A stretch of 64,000 bases of DNA from an uncultured Gemmatimonadales bacterium. GTDB taxonomy: Bacteria; Gemmatimonadota; Gemmatimonadetes; Gemmatimonadales; Gemmatimonadaceae. Position 1 is the first letter of the stretch. Every line of letters starts with the position of its first letter. The stretch lies in contig OY969695.1 in NCBI GenBank assembly GCA_963701965.1, positions 576,001 to 640,000 on the forward strand, written 5' to 3'. Position numbers and translations under genes: made by a program. The notes under the pieces are model-generated. The model did not search any database. It was not told where the DNA came from and worked only from the letters and a program-made list of their open reading frames with translations. Shown here piece by piece: positions 10,954 to 20,051 of this stretch.

Positions 10954-11814
10954 GCGTGCGGAGGCTCGCCACCGGCGGCGACCGCTTCCAGCACCTCCGC
11001 GCAACGCTTGCCCCATGGATTGAACTTGTTCGCCGCGTGTCCGGCGCGCCACGCCTCGATCGCGCCGTCCGTCGCGCCCCCAAACCACCGCGCCCGGCCG
11101 AGCTCGTAGTAGGCTTCGATGAGGTTGGGCCCGAGCACCAGGGTCTTCTCGAAGAACGTCTGCGCATCTTCGTACATTCTCGCGCTCGAGATACACGAGG
11201 CCGAGATAAAAATGCGCGTAGAGCGTGGCCTTCTTGTCGTTGTCGAGCCGGATGGCCTTGGAGAGATGCTCGATGGCCTCGCCGAAGATGCGCTTCTTGA
11301 GGCAGATGTACCCGACGTTGATCCGGGCCAGCGCGTTGGACGGCTGCCGCATTAACACGCGCTGAAAGTTGAGCAGCGCGTCGTCGTATTTTTCCTGCAG
11401 CATCTGCGCCCAGCCCAACAACGATTCGGATTGCGGATCGTTGGGGGAGAGCTCCAGCGCTTTGGTCAGCGCCGCTTCCGCGCCCTCGTAGTCGCCGAGG
11501 GAGATGCGACTCCATCCCTTCTCGATGAAGGTGGAGGCCCCGATGTGATCGGCGTGCACCTGCGGCCGCTCGCCCGTGAACTGCGGGGCCACCGACGGCG
11601 CCACCGCTTGCTGCGCCGCCTTCCACTTGTCCACCAGCCGCTTGATGTCGTCCTTGAGCGACGACAGCTCGGCCACCCGCTGCTCGACATGCTTGTAGAG
11701 CGCGATGATCTCGCCCTTGAGCTGCTCCCGCGCTCCGTTCTGGGCTTCCGGCCCGTCGAGACGGGCATCGATCGCCGCGTAGCGCGACCTAAGTTCGGCG
11801 ACGTCGTCGGGCAT
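10947..11814 (-). CDS. Coiled-coil plus TPR protein; +1 frameshift at about 11178
   Basis: N-terminal coiled coil and about 5 TPRs. C-terminus in ORF 10947..11177. Confidence 0.8.
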
Positions 11815-11818
11815 ACGC

Positions 11819-12283
11819 CTACGCGGCGGCGTCGGCCAGCGTGAGCCGCTCGGTGGCGGTCAGCAGTTTGGTGACGTCGAGCAGCATGACCAACTTCTGG
11901 TCCCGCCGCACGATGCCTTTGAGGTACTCGCCCGCCAATCCGCGAAAGAGCGCCGGCGGCGGTTGGATCGCCGCGGCGTCCACGCCGCTGACGTCGAGCA
12001 CGGCGTCGACCACGCCGGCCACCCATTGGTCGCCCGCATTGAACACCAACACGCGCGTCTCGCTGGTGGCGTCCTGCGGCTCCATGTCGAAGCGCGTCCG
12101 CATGTCGATGACCGGCACCACGCGCTTCTGATACTCGATCACGCCCACGATCCACTCCGGCACGTTCGGCACCGTCGTCGCATCCTGGCGGCGCAGCACC
12201 CGCTCCACGCCGTGGATGTCGGCCGCGAAGAAGTCGCCCCCCAGCCGGAACGTGACGATCTGCACCAGCGTCGCCGTGCTCAT
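11819..12283 (-). CDS. cheW: Chemotaxis coupling protein CheW
   Basis: IVTFRLG, VPNVPEWIVGVI, VVPVIDMRTRF, GVVDAV. Confidence 0.9.
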   Translation of the reverse strand: MSTATLVQIVTFRLGGDFFAADIHGVERVLRRQDATTVPNVPEWIVGVIEYQKRVVPVIDMRTRFDMEPQDATSETRVLVFNAGDQWVAGVVDAVLDVSGVDAAAIQPPPALFRGLAGEYLKGIVRRDQKLVMLLDVTKLLTATERLTLADAAA

Positions 12284-12768
12284 GCGCTCTCCCCGGCCCG
12301 GTCCGCTGTGCACGCCGCGACCAGCGCCTCGATGTCGACGACCGCCAGCAGATGCCCGCGCGACGCGATGCCCAACACCATGCCCTGACCAGGCGTCGGT
12401 GTCAGCGTCTCGAAGTCGAACGCCTGCACGCCCTCCGCCTCATCGACGGCCAGCCCGATCCGCCGCCCGTCGCGCGTGCGCGCGACGATGACCTTGCGTT
12501 GCTCGCGGAGCCGCACGCCGAGCGCGGGGCCAGGGGTATGCACCGGCATGAGCGCTCCACGCAGCTCCGATACGCCGAGCATCGTCCCGGGACTCTGGGG
12601 GAGCGCGGTAACCGGCGGGACGTCGATGACCTCTTCGACGGCGGCCAGACCGACCGCAAAGCGCTCGCCGCCGGCGCGGAAGATGAGCAGGTCGACCACA
12701 CCCGAGCGACGGCGCACGGCTTCCCGCACGCCGTTCGCGTCGGCCAGGAGAAACGCCGCCGCGGTCAT
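12280..12768 (-). CDS. cheW: Chemotaxis coupling protein CheW (divergent)
   Basis: LLIFRAGGERFAV, LPQSPGTMLGVSELRG, IGLAVDEAEGV. ATGA overlaps on both sides. Confidence 0.8.
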   Translation of the reverse strand: MTAAAFLLADANGVREAVRRRSGVVDLLIFRAGGERFAVGLAAVEEVIDVPPVTALPQSPGTMLGVSELRGALMPVHTPGPALGVRLREQRKVIVARTRDGRRIGLAVDEAEGVQAFDFETLTPTPGQGMVLGIASRGHLLAVVDIEALVAACTADRAGESA

Positions 12769-13838
12769 CCCGCCCGCCCCGCCCCGGCCATCCGGTGCGC
12801 CAACAGGTCGACGACCGCCTGCGCCACATCCGTGAGGGCACTGACGCGGTCCGCACCCGCGGTCGCCAAGGCCGCCTGGGGCATGCCGTAGATCGTCGAG
12901 GTCATCTGATCTTGGACGACGGCCTGCCCCCCGGCGTCTCGGATCGTCCGCAGCCCCTCGGCCCCGTCCCGGCCCATCCCCGTCAAAACGACCCCTACGA
13001 CCGCCGAGCCGAAGATCTGGGCGGCCGACCGGAACAGCGGGTCGGCGGCCGGCCGGACCCCCCAGATCGGGGCGGCCGTATCCAACGTCAGTGTCGGGAG
13101 CCCGTGGCGGACCGCGACCCGCATATGATGCCCCCCGCGCGCCAGATAGACGCGGTTGTGCACGAGCCGGTCGCCGTCGCTGGCCTCCACCACGCGCAGC
13201 GCGCTCATGGCGTCCAACCGCGCCGCCAGACTGGCCGTGAACCCCCCCGGCATGTGCTGGACGACCAACACCGCGGCATCGAGCGTCGGCGGCAGGTTGG
13301 GGATGACCTCGGCCAGCGCCCGCGGTCCCCCGGTCGACGCGGCGATGGCCACGACGCGGGTCGCGCCACCGGTGCGCTCCTGCACGCGCACGGAGCCGGT
13401 GGACCGCCGCGGACGGGCCAGGACGTCGACGCCGGCGAGGTTCACGCACGCCGCGGCGCGCAACGCCTCCAGCAACCGGTCGCGCACCGAGGGCAGGTCG
13501 AGGCTCACCGGTCCCGATGGCTTGCGCACGAAGTCCACGGCGCCCAGCTCCAGCGCGCGCAGCGTCAACTCCCGCCCATCGTCTGTGCCGGCGGCGCTCA
13601 GCATCACCACGGGCCGCGGCGTCTCCGACATGATGTACCCGAGCGTCTGAATCCCATCCAGCTCGGGCATTTCGATGTCCAACGTGACGATGTCGGGCTC
13701 CAGCGTATGGATCTGCTTCAAGGCGTCGAAGCCGTTGCGCGCCGTCCCGATGACCCGAAACTCCCGCGAGGCGGAGATCAGCTCACCGATGACTTTTCGC
13801 ATGAAGGCACTATCGTCGACGACCAGGACGGTCTTCAC
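12765..13838 (-). CDS. cheB: Chemotaxis response regulator methylesterase CheB
   Basis: REC domain (VVDDSAFMR, LDIEMP) plus esterase motifs ASTGG, QHMP, LTGMGRDG. Confidence 0.96.
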   Translation of the reverse strand: MKTVLVVDDSAFMRKVIGELISASREFRVIGTARNGFDALKQIHTLEPDIVTLDIEMPELDGIQTLGYIMSETPRPVVMLSAAGTDDGRELTLRALELGAVDFVRKPSGPVSLDLPSVRDRLLEALRAAACVNLAGVDVLARPRRSTGSVRVQERTGGATRVVAIAASTGGPRALAEVIPNLPPTLDAAVLVVQHMPGGFTASLAARLDAMSALRVVEASDGDRLVHNRVYLARGGHHMRVAVRHGLPTLTLDTAAPIWGVRPAADPLFRSAAQIFGSAVVGVVLTGMGRDGAEGLRTIRDAGGQAVVQDQMTSTIYGMPQAALATAGADRVSALTDVAQAVVDLLAHRMAGAGRAG

Positions 13839-14317
13839 AGAATCTTTTCTGGCGACGACAGCGATTTGACCACCACCCGCCCATTGCGGATGTGCAAGTA
13901 CACGCTGCGCCCGTACGATCCGCCGGTGTCCTGGGCCACGAGCGAGATCTGCGCCATCCCCAGCGCCCGCCGGCTCGCCTCGACGTTGCGGTCACCCATA
14001 TTCACGCCGCCAGCGGGCAGGAGCGACGTGAACATGCTGGCGCCACCCACGAGCTTGGCCTGAAACGGCCCGCGCGCGCCCAGCTTGCGCATCTCCTCCA
14101 GCAGCAGGGGCACGGCGCTGGCGGGGAACTTGGCGCGGTTGTGCGTGTCGCGCGACATCCCTTCCGTCGGCAACAAGATGTGGGCGAGGCCGCCCACCTG
14201 CGCGACCATGTCGTAGACGGTGATGGCGACGCACGAGCCGAGGCCGATCGTGGCAATGATCGCATCGCCACGGGCCACGGCGTAGTCCGCCACTTTGACG
14301 CGAATGGTATCGATCAC
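13835..14317 (-). CDS. cheD: Chemoreceptor glutamine deamidase CheD
   Basis: TIGLGSCV, GLAHILLP, AKLVGGASMF, DTGGSYGR. Confidence 0.93.
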   Translation of the reverse strand: MIDTIRVKVADYAVARGDAIIATIGLGSCVAITVYDMVAQVGGLAHILLPTEGMSRDTHNRAKFPASAVPLLLEEMRKLGARGPFQAKLVGGASMFTSLLPAGGVNMGDRNVEASRRALGMAQISLVAQDTGGSYGRSVYLHIRNGRVVVKSLSSPEKIL

Positions 14318-15120
14318 CGGCGGCGGAAGATGCGCTCGCGTGCGTCGACCGGCTCGAACAACGAGCGCGTGGCACCGAGCAGAGTTTCGACTTTGCCCAG
14401 CACCAAAAAGCCGCCGGGCACCAAGGCTTCGTGAAATCGGACGAACAACTGCTCCTGCGTGGCACGATCGAAATAGATGATCACGTTCCGGCAGGTGATG
14501 AGGTTCAGGTTCGACGGCGCCGGCCCCTGGATCAGATCGCGCCGCTCGAATCGCACCATGGGACGGAGATCGGGGCGCACCGCGTGGGGAGCCGTGGCGC
14601 CAAAGTAGGCGGCCCGGAGGTCGGCCGGCGTGTCGGTGAACGCATCTTCGTCGAACGTGGCTTCCGCCGCCGCCAGGAGACTGGCCCGGTCGATGTCGGT
14701 CCCCAGGATCTCCACGCGCCCCAGCCGGTGGAGCTCGCGCTGGGTCTCGGCATGACGGTGGACCATGACGGCCAACGAATAGGGCTCCTCGCCGGACGAG
14801 CATCCGGCGCTCCACACGCGAAGCTGGGCCGGCGCCTCCTGCCAGATGACGGGAATGACCTGCGCCGACAGCGCGTCCCACATCTCCCAGTTGCGGAACA
14901 ACTTCGTGACGTTGATCGTGAGCGTATCGAGCAGTTTCTCGTACTCGCGCGCGTCCACGTCCAGGAGCCGCCCGTAGTCGGCATAGCTCACGAGTCCGCG
15001 CGCCCGGAGTCGCACGCCGATGCGGCGCCGCAAGCACTTTTCCTTGTAGTGCTGGCAGTGAAACGACCGTTCGGCGGCGATCTTGACCAAGAGGGCCTGG
15101 AACTCGGCGTCGTCGCTCAT
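14314..15120 (-). CDS. cheR: Chemotaxis methyltransferase CheR
   Basis: TINVTKLFRN, WSAGCSSGEEPYS, GTDID, CRNVIIYF. Confidence 0.95.
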   Translation of the reverse strand: MSDDAEFQALLVKIAAERSFHCQHYKEKCLRRRIGVRLRARGLVSYADYGRLLDVDAREYEKLLDTLTINVTKLFRNWEMWDALSAQVIPVIWQEAPAQLRVWSAGCSSGEEPYSLAVMVHRHAETQRELHRLGRVEILGTDIDRASLLAAAEATFDEDAFTDTPADLRAAYFGATAPHAVRPDLRPMVRFERRDLIQGPAPSNLNLITCRNVIIYFDRATQEQLFVRFHEALVPGGFLVLGKVETLLGATRSLFEPVDARERIFRRR

Positions 15121-16733
15121 CCGGCCCGCCGCACCGTTTCGAGATTCTTGCGAATGATCGCGTTCGCCGGCTCCAGCTCCAGAGCCCGCTCCCAGGACTT
15201 CACGGCTTCGGCCGTCTCCCGCCGCCGGTAGCGAATGTTGCCGATCTTGAAGAAGACATCGTCGCCCAGCGATGGATTGATGCGCGTCGCGCGCTGATAG
15301 GCGTCCAGGGCCTCGTCGTACTGGCCCGACCGATAAGCATAGTCGCCCGAATTCTTGTGCAACTGGGCCAGCGCCGGATCCTCGGCGGTGCCCCGCTCCA
15401 CGCTGGAGGCGGCGTCGGCCCACCCGCCCCGCCGCTCGTGCACGGCGGCGAGATTGTTGAACAGCGCCGCGGCGTGGGGATGGTGTCCGATTCCCTCCGC
15501 GAGCAAGTCCGCGGCGCGCGGCAAATCCCCGACCAACGCCGCGGCCAAACCCGCGTAGTGGAACCACGCCGCTGGCGGCGGCCGCTTGCCCCACAAGGGC
15601 CGGGTCGCCGACAGGACCGCATCGGCCTGGGCCACTTCGCCCGCGCGCAGCGCGAGCGCCCCGTACAATGTGCGCACCTGCGGCGTGTTCCCCGCGCCCC
15701 GCTTCACGGCCTCATCGAGTGCCTGACGCGCCTCCTCATAGGCACCCAGCCGTTCATAGGCATACGCGAGATTGTGAAAGACGGCGGCCCTGGCGCCAGG
15801 GGCGGCGGCCGCCTCCCGATACACGTCGGCGGCGGCCGGCCACTTGCCCTGCCGCATGAGGACCAGGCCCAGATAGAACGCGGCGCTGGCGTCGCTCGGT
15901 CGGAGCTCGGCCACCCGGCGGAACTCCCGCACGGCCTCCTCCAGCATCCCGGTCTTGTAGAACGCGATACCGAGATTGCGGTGTTCCTCCACCCGCGCTT
16001 CGGAGACCAGCGGCTCCGACTTGCTGGTCCCCACGCGATGCAGGAATCCGGCGGACGAGAGCGCGTACAGCGCTTTGCCGACGTCGAATTCCCCGAGTCC
16101 GCTGGCATCGACCAGGGTCGTCACGTCGCGCACGCCGTCGATGACGTCGAGGAGGATCTCCTGCTGCATGGTGAGCGACACGCCGCTCTGGCGAATGCGC
16201 TCCCGATCCACGTCGAAGACGAGATCGAAGCTGGGGATCTTCTTGCTGATCAGACTCCATTCATCGACGCGCCGCGCGCCTTCGAGGAGCAACGACTCGG
16301 GGTTGATCGAGACGATGAAATCCTGTTCCTCGGGGCGAATGTCCGCCTCGAAGTTGAACGTCCCCTGCGTCCACGTGAACAGGAAATAGACGGCGTCTTC
16401 GATCTGCGTGCGGACCTGCGCGTGGAGCTCGTCGCGCGAAACGAGCCCCTGGGCCACCAGGATGTCGCCGAGGCGCTTGTCCCGATACTCGGCCTGCGAA
16501 CCCACGGCTTCGTCGATCTGCTCGCGCGTGATGAGTCCCGCTTTGATGAGCAACTCGCCCAGACGGTCGCGCCGGTTCACGATCGACGCGAAGGCGATGC
16601 GCCCGCGCTCGAAGTAGATGTAGCCGAAGTTGTTGCGATGCGTGACGCTCAGGCACCCGGTCTTCTTGCCCATGGCCAGGAGCTGCAGGACGTCCGGGAG
16701 ACTGGCCTCTTTGAGGCTGCCTTTTATCGCCAT
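15117..16733 (-). CDS. DUF4388 (PATAN/PatA-N-like) domain plus TPR protein
   Basis: MAIKGSLKEASLPDVLQLL..KKTG, RLGELL, FTWTQGTFNF, LLLEGARRVDEW, then multiple TPRs. Confidence 0.85.
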   Translation of the reverse strand: MAIKGSLKEASLPDVLQLLAMGKKTGCLSVTHRNNFGYIYFERGRIAFASIVNRRDRLGELLIKAGLITREQIDEAVGSQAEYRDKRLGDILVAQGLVSRDELHAQVRTQIEDAVYFLFTWTQGTFNFEADIRPEEQDFIVSINPESLLLEGARRVDEWSLISKKIPSFDLVFDVDRERIRQSGVSLTMQQEILLDVIDGVRDVTTLVDASGLGEFDVGKALYALSSAGFLHRVGTSKSEPLVSEARVEEHRNLGIAFYKTGMLEEAVREFRRVAELRPSDASAAFYLGLVLMRQGKWPAAADVYREAAAAPGARAAVFHNLAYAYERLGAYEEARQALDEAVKRGAGNTPQVRTLYGALALRAGEVAQADAVLSATRPLWGKRPPPAAWFHYAGLAAALVGDLPRAADLLAEGIGHHPHAAALFNNLAAVHERRGGWADAASSVERGTAEDPALAQLHKNSGDYAYRSGQYDEALDAYQRATRINPSLGDDVFFKIGNIRYRRRETAEAVKSWERALELEPANAIIRKNLETVRRAG

Positions 16734-16734
16734 C

Positions 16735-18615
16735 TCACCGCCACTCCTCGATTACCCGCCCCGAGAGCTCGGGCCAGTCCCAGATCACCTTCTCGTCGTC
16801 GAGGAAAAACGCGTCGACTTCGGCGGCCGCGGGCGGCGGCACCCGCGCCGCGCCGGGGCCCTCCAGCTCCGTCTGTGCCAGATCGAGCGTCACCGGGACG
16901 CCGGCCATATCGGCCGCCGCCACGAGTCGGCTCGTCAGCCCGGCGATCTCGCGAACGCTCGCGACGGGCCGATCGGCCAGATACATCACGAGCGCGGGCT
17001 CGGGCTCGATATCGACCCGCGCCAGATAGCGGGCGTATAACTTCTCGCGCAGTCCACGGTCCGGCGGCTGAATCACCACCACGAGCCCGCCCTCGAACCG
17101 CGAGCGCAACCGCTCTTCCAAATCCTCCAGCTCTTTGGGCGGACGGTCGCTGGACAGCACGACCTGCTTGCCCTGCGCGTACATATCGTTGAAGACGTGG
17201 AACAGCTCTTCCTGCGTGCGCTCCTTGCCCGCGAGAAAATGCACGTCGTCGATGAGCAACGCGCCCGCGGCCCGGAACCGGGCCCGCCAGCGGTCGACGG
17301 TGCCTTCCTGCAGCGCTTCGATCAGCCCGTCGACGAACTGTTGGGCGCCCAGGCAGGTCGCCAACGGCAGCCCGTTCCCAATGGCGTGCAACAAGTGCGT
17401 CTTGCCCACGCCGCTCGGGCCGTAGATGAAGAGCGGATTGTAGCGGCGGCCGGGATCGGCCACGATCGCGTCCGCCGCGCGCACGGCGAGTTGATTGGCG
17501 GCGCCCACTTCATACTCATCGCGCGTGAACTCCGGCGACGGGCTGGCCGGAGGCATGTCGCCGGCCTTGGCCTTGGCCACCAGCGCTTCGGCGGCGGCGA
17601 CCGCCAGGGGATCGCGAAAGACCTCGTCCCCACCGAGGGCGGCGTCGACTTCGGTGGCTTCGGCTTCCAGCACCCGCAGCTGATCGACGGCGAGCGCATA
17701 CTCGGCCAGCACCGCCTCGACATCGGGCGGCGTGGACGCGCCGAGGAGCCGCTCGAGCTGGACGACGCGATACCCTTCGCCGCGCCAGTAGGCGATACCC
17801 TCGGCCAAACGGACCCGCCACGCGTTCTCGCTCACGACGCGTTGCACGCCCGTCAGGAAGGCGTGATACCCCCCGCCCTCGGCGCCGCCATGCCGCCCGT
17901 TGACCGGGCCGCCGAGGACGAGCGCCACGTCGCCGACCGTCAGCTCGCCGGCCTCCAGCGATTGATGGGCGATGAGCCGGTTGAGCGCGCCCTGCAGCTC
18001 GCGGACGTTGGCGAACGTCATCCGGGCCAGCGCGTCGAGGACCCCGGCGGCGAACCGGACGTCGCGCTCCTCGCACTTGCCGCGGAGAATCGCGACGCGC
18101 GTCTCGTAGTCCGGTGAGCCGATGTCGACGATCAGGCCGCCGGAGAGGCGGGTCAGCAAGCGCTCGTCGACATCGGCGATGTCCGTGGGAGGCCGGTCGC
18201 TGGTCATCACGACCTGGCGGCCGCCACCCTGCAAGGCCATGAACAACCGGAGCATCTCGCTCTGGGTCTCGCGGCGTCCCGTGAGAAACTGGACGTCGTC
18301 CAGCAGCAGCAGATCGACGTGCTGGTAGCGTTGCCGGAAGGGATCGGCCTGCCCGGTGGACACGGCGGCGTGGAGCTGCCGCACGAATTCGTCGAGCGTG
18401 AGATAGTCGACGACGAGCGCCGGTTGCACGGCGAGGGCCTGATGGGCGATCGCGCTCATCAGGTGCGTCTTGCCCAGCCCCGACCCGCTGTAGATGAAGA
18501 GCGGGTTGTACGCGCTGCCGGGCGATTCGGCCACGGCGCGGGCCGCCGCCACGGCCAGCCGGTTGGCCGAGCCGACGACGAAGTTGTCGAACCGGTAGCG
18601 GGCCACGCCGGTCAT
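16735..18615 (-). CDS. Tandem DnaA/Hda-like AAA+ ATPase (two domain-III modules, no domain I or IV)
   Basis: Two copies of F-x-x-F/Y-x-VG-x-AN, YNPLFIY-x-x-SG-x-GKTHL, DDV-x-FL-x-G, SDRPP, RL-x-x-R and VRE. Confidence 0.88.
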   Translation of the reverse strand: MTGVARYRFDNFVVGSANRLAVAAARAVAESPGSAYNPLFIYSGSGLGKTHLMSAIAHQALAVQPALVVDYLTLDEFVRQLHAAVSTGQADPFRQRYQHVDLLLLDDVQFLTGRRETQSEMLRLFMALQGGGRQVVMTSDRPPTDIADVDERLLTRLSGGLIVDIGSPDYETRVAILRGKCEERDVRFAAGVLDALARMTFANVRELQGALNRLIAHQSLEAGELTVGDVALVLGGPVNGRHGGAEGGGYHAFLTGVQRVVSENAWRVRLAEGIAYWRGEGYRVVQLERLLGASTPPDVEAVLAEYALAVDQLRVLEAEATEVDAALGGDEVFRDPLAVAAAEALVAKAKAGDMPPASPSPEFTRDEYEVGAANQLAVRAADAIVADPGRRYNPLFIYGPSGVGKTHLLHAIGNGLPLATCLGAQQFVDGLIEALQEGTVDRWRARFRAAGALLIDDVHFLAGKERTQEELFHVFNDMYAQGKQVVLSSDRPPKELEDLEERLRSRFEGGLVVVIQPPDRGLREKLYARYLARVDIEPEPALVMYLADRPVASVREIAGLTSRLVAAADMAGVPVTLDLAQTELEGPGAARVPPPAAAEVDAFFLDDEKVIWDWPELSGRVIEEWR

Positions 18616-18619
18616 GCGG

Positions 18620-19225
18620 TCAGGCCCGCGCCGGTGCCGGCGCGCTCAGGCGCTTGAGGACCAGCTCCGAGATGCCGCGCAGCGTCTCGAACACGCCGGC
18701 GCCGTGCATGGCATCGGCGGCGTAGTGCGGAACGCCGCGAAAGTTGAGCGCGTCCTCCAGCGTCTCCTCGTCGAGGATGAGATCGCGCGGCAGGTCCTGC
18801 TTGTTGTACTGCAGCACGAGGGGAATGCTGCGGGGATCGACGCCCTGCTCGGCGAGGTTGGCGTGCAGGTCCTGGAGACTCTCGACGTTTTCCTCGAGCT
18901 GCCGGGCCTGGCTGTCGGCCACGAACACGATGCCGTCGGCGCCCTGCAACACCAGCTTCCGCGTCGCCTGATAGTAGATCTGGCCGGGCACGGTATAGAG
19001 CTGGATCTTGGTCGTGAAACCCGAGATCGAACCGAGGTCGAGCGGCAGAAAGTCGAAGAACAGCGTGCGGTCGGTCTGCGTCGCCAACGACACCATCTTG
19101 CCTTTCCGGTCGCCCGGCACCTGCCCGTAGATGTAGTGCAAGTTCGACGTCTTCCCCGACCGTCCGGGGCCGTAGTAGACGATCTTGCAGGTGATCTCGC
19201 GGGTGGCGTAGTTGACGAGCGACAC
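18620..19225 (-). CDS. mglA: MglA-family small GTPase
   Basis: KIVYYGPGRSGKTSNL, DRTLFFDF, LYTVPGQ, GADGIVFVADS, YNKQD. Confidence 0.93.
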   Translation of the reverse strand: MSLVNYATREITCKIVYYGPGRSGKTSNLHYIYGQVPGDRKGKMVSLATQTDRTLFFDFLPLDLGSISGFTTKIQLYTVPGQIYYQATRKLVLQGADGIVFVADSQARQLEENVESLQDLHANLAEQGVDPRSIPLVLQYNKQDLPRDLILDEETLEDALNFRGVPHYAADAMHGAGVFETLRGISELVLKRLSAPAPARA

Positions 19226-19230
19226 GGGCG

Positions 19231-19701
19231 TTACCGGCTGAACAGCAGCTTGAGGTTGCGATCGAGCTCGGACTCGAAATTCTCGGCGAGGACATCCAGC
19301 GCATCGCCGGTACTCGCCGGCGCCGCGTCGCCGAGGCGGGTGGTGAACTCGTCGTAATACAGCTGCACCAAGCCCAATGAGCTGGCCTGATCGAAGACCG
19401 TGAGGAAGACGTACGGACCGCGCGGCGTATCGGCGCGGGCCAGGAAAAGCTGCCGCCGGCGGCCGGCGTGATGCAGGCCCGCGAAGGGCCGGCCCTGCAG
19501 CAGCATGCCGAGCTCGGTCGACGAGGCGTGGATGGCCGCCGCCAAGGCGCACGCCGACATGACGTCGACGGCCCGCGCGAATCCGTGCTGCGCGAGCACT
19601 TGGCCACTCGGCGTCAGCAGCAGCGCCAGTACCGCCTGCGCGTCCTCGACGAAACGGCGCAACGGAGCCTCGACCCACCGCTCGACGACGGCCATCGTCA
19701 T
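19231..19701 (-). CDS. mglB: Roadblock/LC7 protein, MglB-like
   Basis: Directly upstream of mglA. FDQASSLGLVQL and the terminal LKLLFSR helix resemble MglB. Confidence 0.8.
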   Translation of the reverse strand: MTMAVVERWVEAPLRRFVEDAQAVLALLLTPSGQVLAQHGFARAVDVMSACALAAAIHASSTELGMLLQGRPFAGLHHAGRRRQLFLARADTPRGPYVFLTVFDQASSLGLVQLYYDEFTTRLGDAAPASTGDALDVLAENFESELDRNLKLLFSR

Positions 19702-20051
19702 GTGGGGAGCCCGGCCACGGCCCGCAACAACTCCACGCGCAACCGCCCGACCCCGACGCGGGTGTCGGTCACCAGGACCACCACGAGGTCATCGCGGCCG
19801 GCCATGCACAGGCGGCCACTGTCGGCGATCAATTCCAGATAGCGCACGCTCCCCAGACCCGCGGCGTCGGACGATTGCCGCGCCCGCCGATACAGCGACG
19901 CGGCCAGGGCGGCGACGACCGGGGACTTCACGGACGTCTGCACGACCGCGTCCACGACGATGCCGTCGTTCTCGCTCACGATGAGACCGCCGAGCACGCC
20001 GCGTTGCCGCGTGAGGTGTTCGAGGCTGGCGATGTACGGGGACGGCGTCAC
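19698..20051 (-). CDS. Roadblock/LC7 domain protein (MglC-like)
   Basis: GVLGGLIVSENDGIVV, AALAASL, VGVGRLRVEL. Confidence 0.8.
   Translation of the reverse strand: MTPSPYIASLEHLTRQRGVLGGLIVSENDGIVVDAVVQTSVKSPVVAALAASLYRRARQSSDAAGLGSVRYLELIADSGRLCMAGRDDLVVVLVTDTRVGVGRLRVELLRAVAGLPT

Noticed and set aside
9967..11814. Apparent TPR-peptidase fusion (615 aa)
   Set aside because: Frameshift at about 11178. The TPR protein ends at 10947 in another frame.
16735..18615. Chromosomal replication initiator dnaA or nearby oriC
   Set aside because: No domain I or IV, no adjacent dnaN, no AT-rich intergenic region, and I saw no DnaA-box cluster.
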